Below, piece after piece: positions 53,404 through 64,000 of a stretch of DNA of 64,000 nt. A program made the position numbers and the translations under genes. The notes beneath the pieces were generated by a model. The model made no database searches and was not told the DNA's origin. It worked only from the letters and a program-made list of their open reading frames with translations. Each line of letters opens with the position of its first letter. Position 1 is the first letter of the stretch. Source of the DNA: Marsupella aquatica (taxonomy: Eukaryota > Plantae > Marchantiophyta); NCBI GenBank assembly GCA_973895155.1, contig OZ316893.1, forward strand, positions 5,036,171 to 5,100,170. Reading direction: 5' to 3'.

Positions 53404-54072
53404 CTGGAACTTTTGATGATCCGTTAGTCTATTGGACCCAATCACGGGTCTCTCCGGACGGCCACACTCGTCAAACTGTCGACGGGCATGGACCATAGTA
53501 TCAAGAAAACAGGACTCATACTCCATGGTCTTATTAACAACATTTGCCCTTTGTGAGTGTTGAGCAAGTATTGTTCTTGGAGTTTTGTCTGAAAGAATTT
53601 GTGACTTTCGATACTGCAGACTCTTCGCGACCTCCTTCAACTTTGGATCGCTCTTAGCCCAACCTATTATCCAAATAGCTGCCTTTGCCGAGTGTTGTCC
53701 ACTAATTGCAAGGAATTGCACCTTCTTATTCTTAACACCCCACTCAAACTCCTTTCGATCCTCAGGAGTATTCTCATAATGGACCAACTGTGAACTCTCT
53801 CTTGAATACGGAATTAAATCCGCCACAGCTGGTACCATTCCAAGGTTTCTAACCATGGATTTCGCGACCTCCATGGCATGGTCTTTATTGAACATCCTAT
53901 ATACCAATACTGCAGAAGGTGAATCTATACTAGTGACAGGAATGTCAAAAGTTTCATTCATGCCAAATGTGTAATACTCCTCAATCTCCTTAAGGACTTC
54001 GGCTCCTTCTTTAACGCTCTTTTCTCCCGGAGCATCTCCTGGAGTGCCGTCATCATCGGTATGTGCAATCAC
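53404..54072 (-). pseudogene. ParB/Sulfiredoxin-like (DGQH-type) domain of the cargo gene
   Basis: FDIPVTSIDSP...YRMFNKDHAMEVAKSM...PAVADLIP...FLAISGQHSAKA follows the ParB/DndB core layout (ipi..I; R..n..h...la.S; P; hhIdGQHR..A). Confidence 0.6.
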
Positions 54073-56044
54073 ACCCGAGGAAGATGTCTACCTTGGGCGG
54101 TGCAGACTTCTTTGGCGGATGAGCCTTCTTCGCTTTGCTTTCGGGTTTGTCAACCCTCTTCCTCTTTTGAGACACCTTTGCTTCCTTTTTGTCCAAACCG
54201 GAGGTCTTGTCTCCTGTAGCTACGGATTTCACTTTACCTGTTTGTCTCCGATGAAACAACACCCACTTTTTACAAGCATCCTCATCAAATTCTCCGGCTC
54301 CAAACACAAAAATCAGGGGATATGGATTCAAACTTGATCCCCCAATTTTGATTCCGACATTAGTCTCAAAACCTTCCACGTGAAAGGAGTCATGAATGCA
54401 TCATCACAATCAAACCCATACTTTCCACAATAAAGGAATCCAAAAATTATGTTGGCTCCAGATATAGGACTATCTTCAAGCAAATTACTTGTAGTAAAAC
54501 CCTCGGGGAAGAACCCCATTGATATCACGCTCAATTGTTTCCTGGCTGCACATTCAATGTTAAGATCGCAAGAGTAGTTTTTGGCGTGAAGTCTAATTAA
54601 AGCCCACTTCCCTATCTCGTGGTTCTCCACCGTCAAAACCATGTCCTTACCATTACTCGTCTCAATAGAAACAACAGGCCCTAGTAGGCTGCACACAAGA
54701 GGATCGACTGATGGAGACCTCGTCTTCACACAAATAATAGTTCCTTCCATGTCTGCAGTTTCAGCAAGCTCAATGGCCCAACAGAATCCAAATTGACCTT
54801 GTCCAGGGCAGGAAACCTCAATTGCATGTTCATCTTCAACTACCAAATTAGGCGATCCCAATTTCGTACCAAATTTTCAAAAACATGTACCACAAAACCA
54901 AGAAACAAATAGGAGGCTCGAGATGATCTCGATCTTCCTTCATTATTAGGACAGCTGAGTCGACAGTTTTATGCACTAAGGTCTTACATGTTTGAATGCC
55001 ACATCTCACCCGGGGAATTTAAAAAGAGATTTCAACCCCAAGAAATCTAAAAAGAGAACACAATAGTCAGGAACTACAAGAGGCTCGAGATGATCTCGAG
55101 CCACCATCTGTTTAAAAGAAAAATACAAGGGCTTGAGATGATCTCGATCCTCAAATATATCAGTTGAGGTTTTATTCCATTGCATATCATAAATCAGTCA
55201 AAAATGATCCAATGTCACCTATTCGACCACATTCAAAACCCTCTAACTCAGTGGTTCAATTTTCATCTTCACAAACGAGTTGGAGGACTAAGAAAGTGGT
55301 CCAAAAGGCAATGTTGGATCACATTGGATAGGATATTAGTAATTGAAGTAGACGACATGGAGTCCTTCCAACTGGAAGAAATCGGTCAAGGGATACGAAT
55401 GAACATAATGGAAGATGGTGATGAATATATTTGGCTCGAGATGATCTTGAGCCTAACATCTCAAACGAGTGATCCGAATATCATATTCAACAATGAACAT
55501 CATATTCAATCAATGATTAAAATCCACTTTCTCCATTGACTTCTCATACCCACACACCCGTTCGGATGTCAATGATCAGAATGAGTTGGAGGGTAGAGAA
55601 GTCCCTGGAGGAAGGAAATTTTAGATATTTTGGATATGATGTTCACTTTTGAATTATAAGAGCTTGAAGAAATCTGAGTAGGTAACATGCAGGAAATGGA
55701 TATTGGCTCGAGACGATCTCGAGCCTCATGCCACTTACATCAAATGCAAAATCAACTGATATCACAAACTTTTGAAGCAAAGTAATGCAGAAAACATCAA
55801 TAGGCTCGAGATCATGAAACAAGTGGACCAATTGAAGCTCAAGACGATCTTGAGTTAAACCTGAACAATGAACAAAGATGATGAATTACGTTTAATGGTG
55901 CGATGGATCTGATGCGCTGAGTCTAGATGGGTCTGAAGCTCATCCCCAACTGTTGCAAGGTTGTACTCAGCGAAGTCCTCCTTGGAGAAATCTACAACAG
56001 TCGACATGGCTGGTGAAGAGAGGAACATACTACGGGCTGAGAAC

Positions 56045-56170
56045 TTAAAAACAAATCTTGAGCCTAAACACAAAATCTTGACCCTATCAAATCTCGAGCC
56101 TAAACACAAAATCTTGACCCTATAAAATCTCGAGGAAAAAAAATAATCTTGACCCTCTAATATCTCGAGG
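56045..56170. repeat. About 37-bp tandem repeat in the divergent promoter/5' UTR, carrying ATCTCGAG half-sites
   Basis: AAATCT(T/C)GAGCCTAAACACAAAATCTTGACCCTAT repeated. Confidence 0.75.
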
Positions 56171-57344
56171 CTAATACAAGGATCTCGAGGCAAGAGCGCA
56201 AAAAAATCTAGAGGCAAGGAGGCAAGGGACGCGAGGAGGCGAGGAGGCGAATGTGAAAATGGGGAGTTCAAAACCCCTGAAGCCACTATAAGCCCCTCGG
56301 GGGTTGGCCTTGGCCGTGCCAAGCGTGCCACGGGCTCGTGCAGGCTCAGGCAGGCTGCCATGCAACTTGCTGGGTGCTTACAATCATTATTACGGTCACA
56401 CATGTTGTCATTATTGTTATCCGTACTTCAGCTCTGCTGCAAGTTTAGCCGTGCCACAAGTTCAACCAAGCCGTCTGATTGGCCGTTTTGTCAGTCAGGA
56501 TTTTATATATTGCTTCTCTTTGCTCTCCAGCGGGTCATTCTTCTCATTTCGTTTCACTGCTCGCTCGTTGCTCCCTTTGCCTCTCTCTGCTCTCTCTCCC
56601 TCTCCCTCTCCCTGGCTCTAGATTTCTGCTCTGATATTTTTCTATCGTTATTTTTAAGGGTTGTGGACTTTGTGTTTGTGTTTAGGATATGTCGAGACAT
56701 TATCATTTTAAGCTCTGAAGGAGGTCTAAAATAATTGAGCTCCTATCTTTTAGAAAACCAAACCTTTTCAGCTTATACTAATGTCGGTCAAAATCCATTT
56801 GGAAGCCTTTTCCCTCTATTTGATGACCTTTTAGAAGCTATTTCTCAGTAAACTAGGAGCCTACTTTCTTAATTGCACCAAATCATACCTCTAGATCATC
56901 TAGAGCCATTTATATGTTCTTATTTTGGGTGGCTTATTATTCATAATAGTATCTTTGTGAAATACAATTTCCTTTTTGGCTCGAGATCATCTTGAGTCAT
57001 AAGTTTGATCCTCAAAATTATTAACTTTTGCCTTCTATCTAATCGTGCATTCGGTTGTCCTTGTTCTAATTGGGTTTGTAGATAGTCGAAGGTATAGAAT
57101 CTGAATTTGCTATTTAGGAGATTTCATATTCTACCTCGAGATCGTCTCGAGCTAGATACTTCTGAATTTTTACATATTGGTGTTTTTGGTCCCTCTTCTA
57201 CCTTGAGATCGTCTCGAGGTAGAAGAGTTTCTTATTTTCTCTATCACACAGTTTTTTGGGATAAACTTCTACACTTGGGTTTTTTGATTTGTTCTTGTAG
57301 TCACTTTACCTCGAGATCATATCGAGGTAACTACATCCAACGGT

Positions 57345-60300
57345 TTGGACCACGTTTTCAAAATGGGGATTTTCTTTCGAGGGGACGAGGTTTGCCTCGT
57401 AATCAATGGAGTGGAAGTTGCTTGCGGGACCGTCCTCAAGGTTGACCCGGGTGACTCAGTGCGTAATGTTGATTTGGGAAGTAATCATATTGGAGTTCTC
57501 ATTGAGAAGTGCTATGAGGGATCACGGGAAATTCCTTACCCTTTGCCGCCGATCAGGACCCTGTTTGATGCTGTTGACTCCTGCATTATTTGGGGTGCCT
57601 CTTTTGCATATTTCAAGTCACAGTCAACTCCAGCGACAACACTAATGGATGCCTCTTGTTCTACAAAGGATACGGTTCCCGGTTTTGTACCGGACAAATC
57701 TTCGGTGGGAAGTTTGGGAGACTCGATTATATTGAAAATATGTGAAGTTTTTCAAGGAAGGGAGAGGTTACCCTTTCCTCACGCTGGAGCCAATGCCGTT
57801 AAGGAAGCATTGGACACTTTTGTATTCTGGAATTTAAAGGATGTTACTCGGAGGAGTTCTTCCCAGGATGTACTAAACAACCTGTCCACACGGGATGTTT
57901 TTGGAAATTATAATTTCAAGGATTATAGTTTGCGTTCTAATTGGATGACCGAGGAGGTGGAATTGTATGCTGAGGATAATCGGACCAAAGTGGGGGTTGG
58001 CATCATCATAGTTCCTTTCAAGTCAGGTGCAATTGATGATGAGGTTCTTGGGCCAGATCACGTTGGGGTTGCGGTCACACGCGTGATTGACCCTCTATTT
58101 TTCCCAAATATCTCCCCAAGAGTGCTTGGTCTTGTCCGTTCACTTCTGCTGATATCAAGGGGTATTTTTCTTCTGGATCTCATTGAAGAGGTTTCTCCGA
58201 AACCAATTATTGATGGTCGAGATCATCTAGAGGTAGATATGAAAGGTGACACTGAGTTTTCAAAGCACCCATATAATTTCATCAAGAGAAAGAAGGTTAA
58301 CCCAGATGAAAAAAGGAAGAAGCACTTGGAGTCTCGGGCAATACTGAAAATCACAGAGGAGGAAATTGACTCCATCCAAAGAGAAGGTTGTTGTAAGTTG
58401 AAGTGTTGCCTCAACATGCCGAGAGAAGACCTACAAGGCGATAAGGAGGGAATACCATGGGATGTCAAGCGACAACAAAACCAGTCACATTCTCACTCCT
58501 TTTGGCTGTAGGGAGAAGGAAGTGGAGACAAAAGGATATTTTGTTGTAAGAAGTAGACTTGTTTGCAAGTTGGGTGCATTTATTAAAATGCATGGATTCA
58601 GCACTGCCAAGTATTATGATTACAAAAATCAATATGAAGCACGTTGCACGGTTGGATTCCACGGAAACAAGGGTTCACACAAGACACCGGGAAGCACCTT
58701 GCACGCTCGTGCTTTGTTGGAGTCCATTCTAACCCAAAACAGAGAACCCATGCCGCATCTTCCCTATGGAGGGTCTCATGGTACTGACACGGTTGAGTAC
58801 AGACTTCCATCTTGTTTCACGAAGAAATAGATTTTTGAGGAGGTATACTCAAAAATGGAATTAGATGGCTACGTGAAGGTGAGTGAAAACACTATGTATA
58901 AACTCTGGAGTGAGTCCTTCATGAATTTTGACTTTCACAAGGGAAGTGCATTTGCAAAGTGTACACTTTGCACTGAGTTCAAAGATCAGTTGATGCGGGA
59001 GAAGAGAAAGAAAGAGCGTTTAGAGATTGAGGAAAGAAGAGCTCGCCATCTTCATGAGAAAATGTCTAGGAGATATGTTTACTATGCTCATAGGGTTCTT
59101 GCGAAGAAGGATCCTGAGAACTATCTTTGCATTATACATGACAAGATGGACCAAGCCAAGACATGGATCCCTAGGTTGGTCCCCACTCCTAAATCATTGT
59201 CTGGTAGTGGTCAATTGCTCCCCATTGCGCTCATTGGGATGTTGACCCATGGAAGGGATCCTAGAGTGTATGCTCACTTCAGTTTCACTGGGCTTTGGCC
59301 GGGAGATGCAGACTTCACAGTGACATCATTGGCCAAGTGCCTTAGAGATCTGGAGGATTACAAGGGGGACAAATCTGGAAACCTCCTTGAAGGATTATAT
59401 TGGGTTGCAACGAGGCCAATTTTTCAATCTCTTTTGGACTTTGAAGCATTTCTCGTAGGTTACTTAGAACCCAAAAAAGTCTCAATTGCTAGATTTCAAG
59501 GAGCTGAAGATGACCAAGATCTTGGGTTATCAAATGTGGTGGATGATGACTTTGGTGTTGATCCCAAGGCTACGTCTACCTCTTTCAAACCATTGCCAAG
59601 GCACCTGACCTTGCAAATGGATAATTCAGGGAAAGATAACAAAAACCAGTACGTGATGGTATTTTGCAGTGAGCTTGTTAGTAGAGGGGTTTTTGAAACA
59701 GTGTAGATGTCGTTTCTCATGGTTGGTCACACCCATGAGGATGTCGATGCATTGTTTTCGAAAGTATCCAACCAAGTGAAGTACAAGGAGGTTTCTACCC
59801 TCTTGGGGTTCATGGTTGAGGTTTGGGAGTGTGAAAGCATTCATTCTGTCCCACGGTTGATCCAAGAGGTTGCAGCTTACAAAGAGTTTTTGAAAACTTT
59901 CAAGGTATTAAAGACATAGAGGGTCACTCAAAACCAGTGGCATTTCTTTTCTCTATGAGAGATAATGTTCCAATATATCAATACAAAGCACATGTGAAAC
60001 AACCTTGGTACCCTCCAACCGGAAGGTCCATTTGGAGAACTGATTCCAACACCAATGCTCTCATTTTACCAGAAGGTCAACCGTTTGCAAAACCCATCTC
60101 CAGGGATGTACGAGGCAAGGTTGAAGAGATCATCCCATTCCTTAATCGTTATATTGAGTTTTTGAAGAAGAGTTGTAAGGATGAGACCTCTACAGCATAT
60201 CGTGAGCGGTTTCCTTTGGTGAAATATTGGGAGATGGTGGTGCAAGTATTATCTGGGGAGCTTACAATTGAAGGGGAGGCAGAAATACAGTTAGCATTGA

Positions 60301-61998
60301 CATACGAGTTCTGACCAAAAACCAACCACAGAACTGGTTACAAGGTTAATAGTACAGGAACCTCTGAACCATTGGGGGAGCCTAGTAGTAGTACTCAGAA
60401 TCCAGAAATGGTGGAGCTTCAGAATGAGTACCTGGAAGAGATGGAGGATCAAGCTGCAACATTTGTTGGCGCTCGACACAAGCGAGAACTTGCACGTTGG
60501 ATTCCTCTGCAGGACATTCAAGAGGGTCACTTTGTATTTCTCCGTCCAGAGGATGAATGGGAAAAGAAGAATGGGAAAGAACGTTTCTGGTTGGTGAGAG
60601 CTTTGGGTGTTGTGGACCCAAACCATGAAGTTCCTTCAGGAGACTTGCAATGCAATGAGAATTCTCCTACTAGTACATGGTATGCTCCTATGTTCCAAGT
60701 GCAATGGTGGAGGCCTAAACATGGTAAGCATGATCCCTGGGCCCCCAGCGTTATTAATAATGGGCCAGACGTGCGAACAGTGGAAGGGTGTGATAAATTC
60801 ATTTCCAGAATAATTATTATAATAGGGTTATAAAAAGCAAGAGACATTTTTATACAGCTACCCCTTTATAACTATGAAAGGCCAAAATAAATGCAGCACA
60901 CAATAATTTGCTTCAAGGGGGCCATATTACATTGTGCCATGCGTCACGATATCATTGGTCCACGTGGCTTCATATTATTGGAACACATGTTTAGGCTGAG
61001 CTTAGAGATATTAGGGGCATAGTGTACCATTTTTGAGGGCCCTAAAATCCAAGGTGTTGAAGGGTTTAGGGTACAAGGGTTTTGGGAGGGTTTTAGATTT
61101 GTATTGGGGAACCTGGGGGGAAAACCATTTGAAAGATACTCCAAATAGTAGTTCAATTTAGACTGTTGCTAATGTGAATTTTTTGATTGTGTTCACTTAG
61201 GATCCCTTGAAGATGAAAGACAACACGAGGGCACATAAGTTGGGGATTTTGTAAGAAGGTTCTCTTAGTTGAGATAAAAGTTTTTTAAGCACTGAACTTA
61301 CATGTGTACATGCAACAAAATGTTTTCTAGAGACAGGTATGTGTTTTTCTAAGAATATTAGGAAATAGTCGTGCAAATATTTTTACAGATATGCCCTTAT
61401 AGTTGAGACAATAGGTAGGTCTGCAAGCACTGATACATGTGCTAATTAAACCATAGTGAGTCTTCTAGTAAGTTTAAGTATGTTTCTCCATTCAAACACT
61501 CTCTATCTATATATAGAAACCTATTATTTTATGCTATACCTTTAATCACTTTTGTATTTACTCAAAAGATTATAAAATTTCAAGACCTTTATAAATGTGA
61601 CTAATTGTCAATTTATAATTTCTGCAAGGGGCAAATAAACTCTCTAAACTTAAATTTTTAAGAATAACAAGAAATATTTTTATTGGTGTCCAAAAATAAC
61701 AAGGGGTATGTGTTAAGGGGTTGTACGCACGTATACCCTTTAACTATACAAAGGTTGGGGGCCCAGGGAGCATGATGCACCGGATCATGTGCGATATTCA
61801 TGTTGCTTTCAGACCACTAAGACTTGGGAGGTGGATCCTGGGTTTGACAGTGCCACTGAACGTTGGCAATTTGCTAATTCTGCTATGTATGGATTCAAGT
61901 CACGCTCTAGAGAAGAAAATATAATTGATAGAGGTTTGACCATTCCCAAGAATGTTTTGAAAACACTCAAAACCTACATGGAAGGGATTGTTGAGTAA
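57345..61998 (+). pseudogene. Sola-like DDD transposase with repeated N-terminal Tnp1/En-Spm-like domains and a C-terminal Tudor/SH3-like region
   Basis: Motifs CCKLKCC, FAKCTLC, IIHDKMDQAK, LQMDNSGKDNKNQY and FLMVGHTHEDVDALFS. The C-terminus resumes in frame (HGKHD|APDHVRY...MEGIVE*) once the 60735-61768 insert is removed. Several stops and frameshifts. True start uncertain. Confidence 0.8.
60735..61768. mobile_element. Non-autonomous TIR element (1034 bp) inserted in the transposase
   Basis: 13-bp perfect TIR CCCTGGGCCCCCA. 8-bp TSD AGCATGAT at 60727-60734 and 61769-61776. Confidence 0.92.
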
Positions 61999-64000
61999 GT
62001 CAAATATTTTTTAGTAGACACTCTGTCAGAGTGAGGGAGGCTATGTCAATTAGTTTGGAATTAGACATGTCAAAGTGAGGGAGTCTATGTCAATTAGTTT
62101 GGAATCAGACATATCTTTAGTACTTACTGTTGGTTAGTACTAAGTAGTATATCTATTTAAGTAACTAATTATTATAATATTTTGGGATACTAGTTTGAAT
62201 AGGTGGAGATAATTGGACTTGGATACCTTTATAATTGCTTTAATTAATTATTATATCAATACAAACTATATATTACATGAAGTCTTAATATCCATGATAG
62301 GATGTGACTGCCTCTTACTAGTAAACCTTAGTTTCAACTCGAGTTGCTTAGAATGTAACAAATTACTTGAATGTCTGAATGGATAGTAAGCCAGGTATCA
62401 TTCAAAATATATTAAATGCTCTCAATTAGTAACTAAGTAGAAGGTTAATTTAGCTAGCTAAGGGAAGAGATCATATTGAAGCTTTAGTAGTTATATGGGT
62501 AGAGATCATATTGAAGCTTTACTAGACAGTTATATTCTATTAGTCAGATTGAATCAATGTAAGTAAGTTCTACTTCTTATCCAACATATTTTACATTATT
62601 ATCACCCAAATGTTTTTCTTTAGAATCCAAATTAATATTTCATTTTCTCCTATGTACAATCTTGATCCCCCAAATGTACAACATCTGGTGCCCAAATGTA
62701 CAACTCCCACTGCCCAAATATACAATTCTTGTGCCCAAATATATATTTTTTGGTGCTTAAATGTCCAAAGATCAAAGAATTTTCCAGTTTTAATGAATAG
62801 ACTGATTTAGTTTAAAATTAAAGACAAACACATTCACAATTCAATGTTCAACTTCACTCAATTTAAAACAAGAGAGAAACATAATCACAGTTCAGTGGTT
62901 GTTTTGTGTTCAGCTTCATTCATATAAAACTAGAGAGAAACAAGTTCGCCAGCAGCAAATTTCGCTGCCTATGAATTTCTTGAAGAAAAATCGTAGTTCA
63001 GCAACCATTGCAGGAAAAAAGAAAGAGGAGCAAGAATTCAGTCAATTCGTAGATTCACAGAAGTCCACATTCATTGACATTGGTCTATTGGCAATGAGAG
63101 TTTGCTATATCATACATTGAAGTGATAGAATCGAATGCCTGGGCAGAATAATTGCTTCGTCTATTCAGCTGAGAAACACTTGTTGAAGAATCTGCTCTCT
63201 GCTGAGCTCAACTCCAGAATGGACCTCTCGAGCTCTCAATTCGCCTTGAAATTGTCTTTCACTATTGTATTAGTGGCAGTGGTTGATGGAAATGCTATGG
63301 CAAAAGCAAGAGCAGCATGAAGAGCTATGGTGTTGCAGCAGCTGGGACCTCAAAGCTTTCGAGCTGTGGCGGGAGTGGAGGACAAAGAGCAAAACAACAC
63401 ATTCGGCCGTGAGCGGGAGTCGGACCTTCGCAGCTGCGCGCGCGATCGCCTTCGTTGGGTCATGTGATAAGGGCAGTCGGGTCGAGTCGGGAAAGGCGCA
63501 GCCGGGCCTGCTACGGCCATTACCGCCGACTGGCGGTTTCAGGGCTGGAGCCACCTGGGCGGGCACCTGGGATCCCCTGTCACCCAAGAGGGGCGAGGGT
63601 ACCCCGCGAGGAGCGGAAGGCCTCGCCTGCCTCCCCGCAGCTCCTTCCCCCCCGCACCCCCGCTCCCAAGTACGGCCCCTGCGTGGCAGGCGGCCCGATG
63701 TTGCTGGCGCATCCGTGCGGACGTCGGGCACTCCCTGCTCGTACCTGCATGGAACCTTGCCCTAATACTGAATCCTCCCCAATTTGCCCCTCGTCAGTTT
63801 ATGAACTCTCATTTGGGAAGGATTAATTTGCATTCATCAGATCATGTCATCACATTTTCCTGGCCTGTGATCAAGAAAAATGGGGCGAGTCTTGCTTCAC
63901 CCCTAGCTCACCGCACTTACTCATGTCAACCCCTATGCATGCTCTGGATGGCGAGGATAAACACTTGCTTGCCCTTGCCAAGGTGAGGACAGGCCACACC

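Larger units (their letters stand above)
49817..56007 (-). pseudogene. Whole multi-exon cargo gene (unknown N-terminus, Lys-rich linker, ParB-like, helical, MTase-like, acidic disordered region, FCP1-like)
   Basis: Chain of co-oriented minus-strand ORFs from candidate ATG 56007 (exon 55861-56007) down to 49817, linked by stops, frameshifts and introns. The exact exon structure is only partly resolved. Confidence 0.6.
49422..58232. repeat. Dispersed 17-bp palindrome CTCGAGA-N3-TCTCGAG, about 17 copies
   Basis: Copies start at about 49422, 49663, 50778, 51571, 53265, 53359, 54917, 55084, 55132, 55435, 55707, 55838, 56889, 56980, 57135, 57202, 57310 and 58216. I saw none outside the 48973-62806 element. 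Confidence 0.9.
48973..62806. mobile_element. 13.8-kb TIR DNA transposon, Sola-like, with cargo gene
   Basis: TIRs ATCACCCTATTCATTAAAACTTGAA versus reverse complement ATCAGTCTATTCATTAAAACTGGAA (22/25 identical). 4-bp TSD TTAG at 48969-48972 and 62807-62810; removing the element restores the host repeat. Inverted subterminal CCCAAAT.TACAA repeats. Internal DDD transposase. Confidence 0.88.
45713..63762. mobile_element. PIF/Harbinger-type element (transposase deleted), split by nested insertions
   Basis: Imperfect TIRs of about 38 bp: GAGTAGGGTTACATGCGGTAGGGGCAGGG versus the reverse complement of the right end, GGGCAAGGTTCCATGCAGGTACGAGCAGGG. TAA TSD at 45710-45712 and 63763-63765. GC-rich subterminal regions and a Myb/trihelix gene. 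The same CAACTTCACTCA/AAACACATTCACAATTCA repeats lie on both sides of the 48973-62806 insert. Confidence 0.75.

Noticed and set aside
49422-58232. Palindromes as a CRISPR array
   Set aside because: Spacing is irregular (tens to thousands of bp), copies sit in introns, and the context is eukaryotic.
48973-62806. Bacterial/phage contamination or an endogenous giant virus
   Set aside because: It has spliceosomal introns, TIRs and a TSD, a nested MITE and methylation-type decay. No capsid, polymerase or packaging ATPase motifs were seen.
63270-63826. GC-rich ORFs (also 45660-46159)
   Set aside because: They fall in the GC-rich subterminal regions of the Harbinger-like element and show no coding signature.

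Overview
Eukaryotic, plant-type, transposon-saturated DNA. The CSLD, CML and LTO1 fragments, Bianca-type Copia PBS and zf-RVT LINE suggest a land plant, perhaps non-seed, though the taxon cannot be fixed from sequence. I found no intact host gene. Left to right: a decayed intronless kinase, a Gypsy gag remnant, a 5'-truncated L1 with TSD, gene-fragment pseudogenes and MITEs. Next come two Helitrons: one with 1 intron, the other with 14 introns, captured host fragments and an inverted copy of its 3' end beside the 5' end. A young non-autonomous Copia with identical 143-bp LTRs follows. The window ends in a nest: a PIF/Harbinger element (45713-63762, TAA TSD, Myb/trihelix gene) interrupted by a 13.8-kb TIR element (48973-62806, TTAG TSD). 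The 13.8-kb element is the main discovery candidate. It divergently encodes a Sola-like DDD transposase and a spliced cargo gene that appears to fuse ParB/Srx-like, beta-class amino-DNA-methyltransferase-like and FCP1/HAD-like domains. It also carries about 17 copies of the palindrome CTCGAGA-N3-TCTCGAG, whose loop orientation flips at the divergent promoter. All family calls come from motifs read by eye, not database searches.
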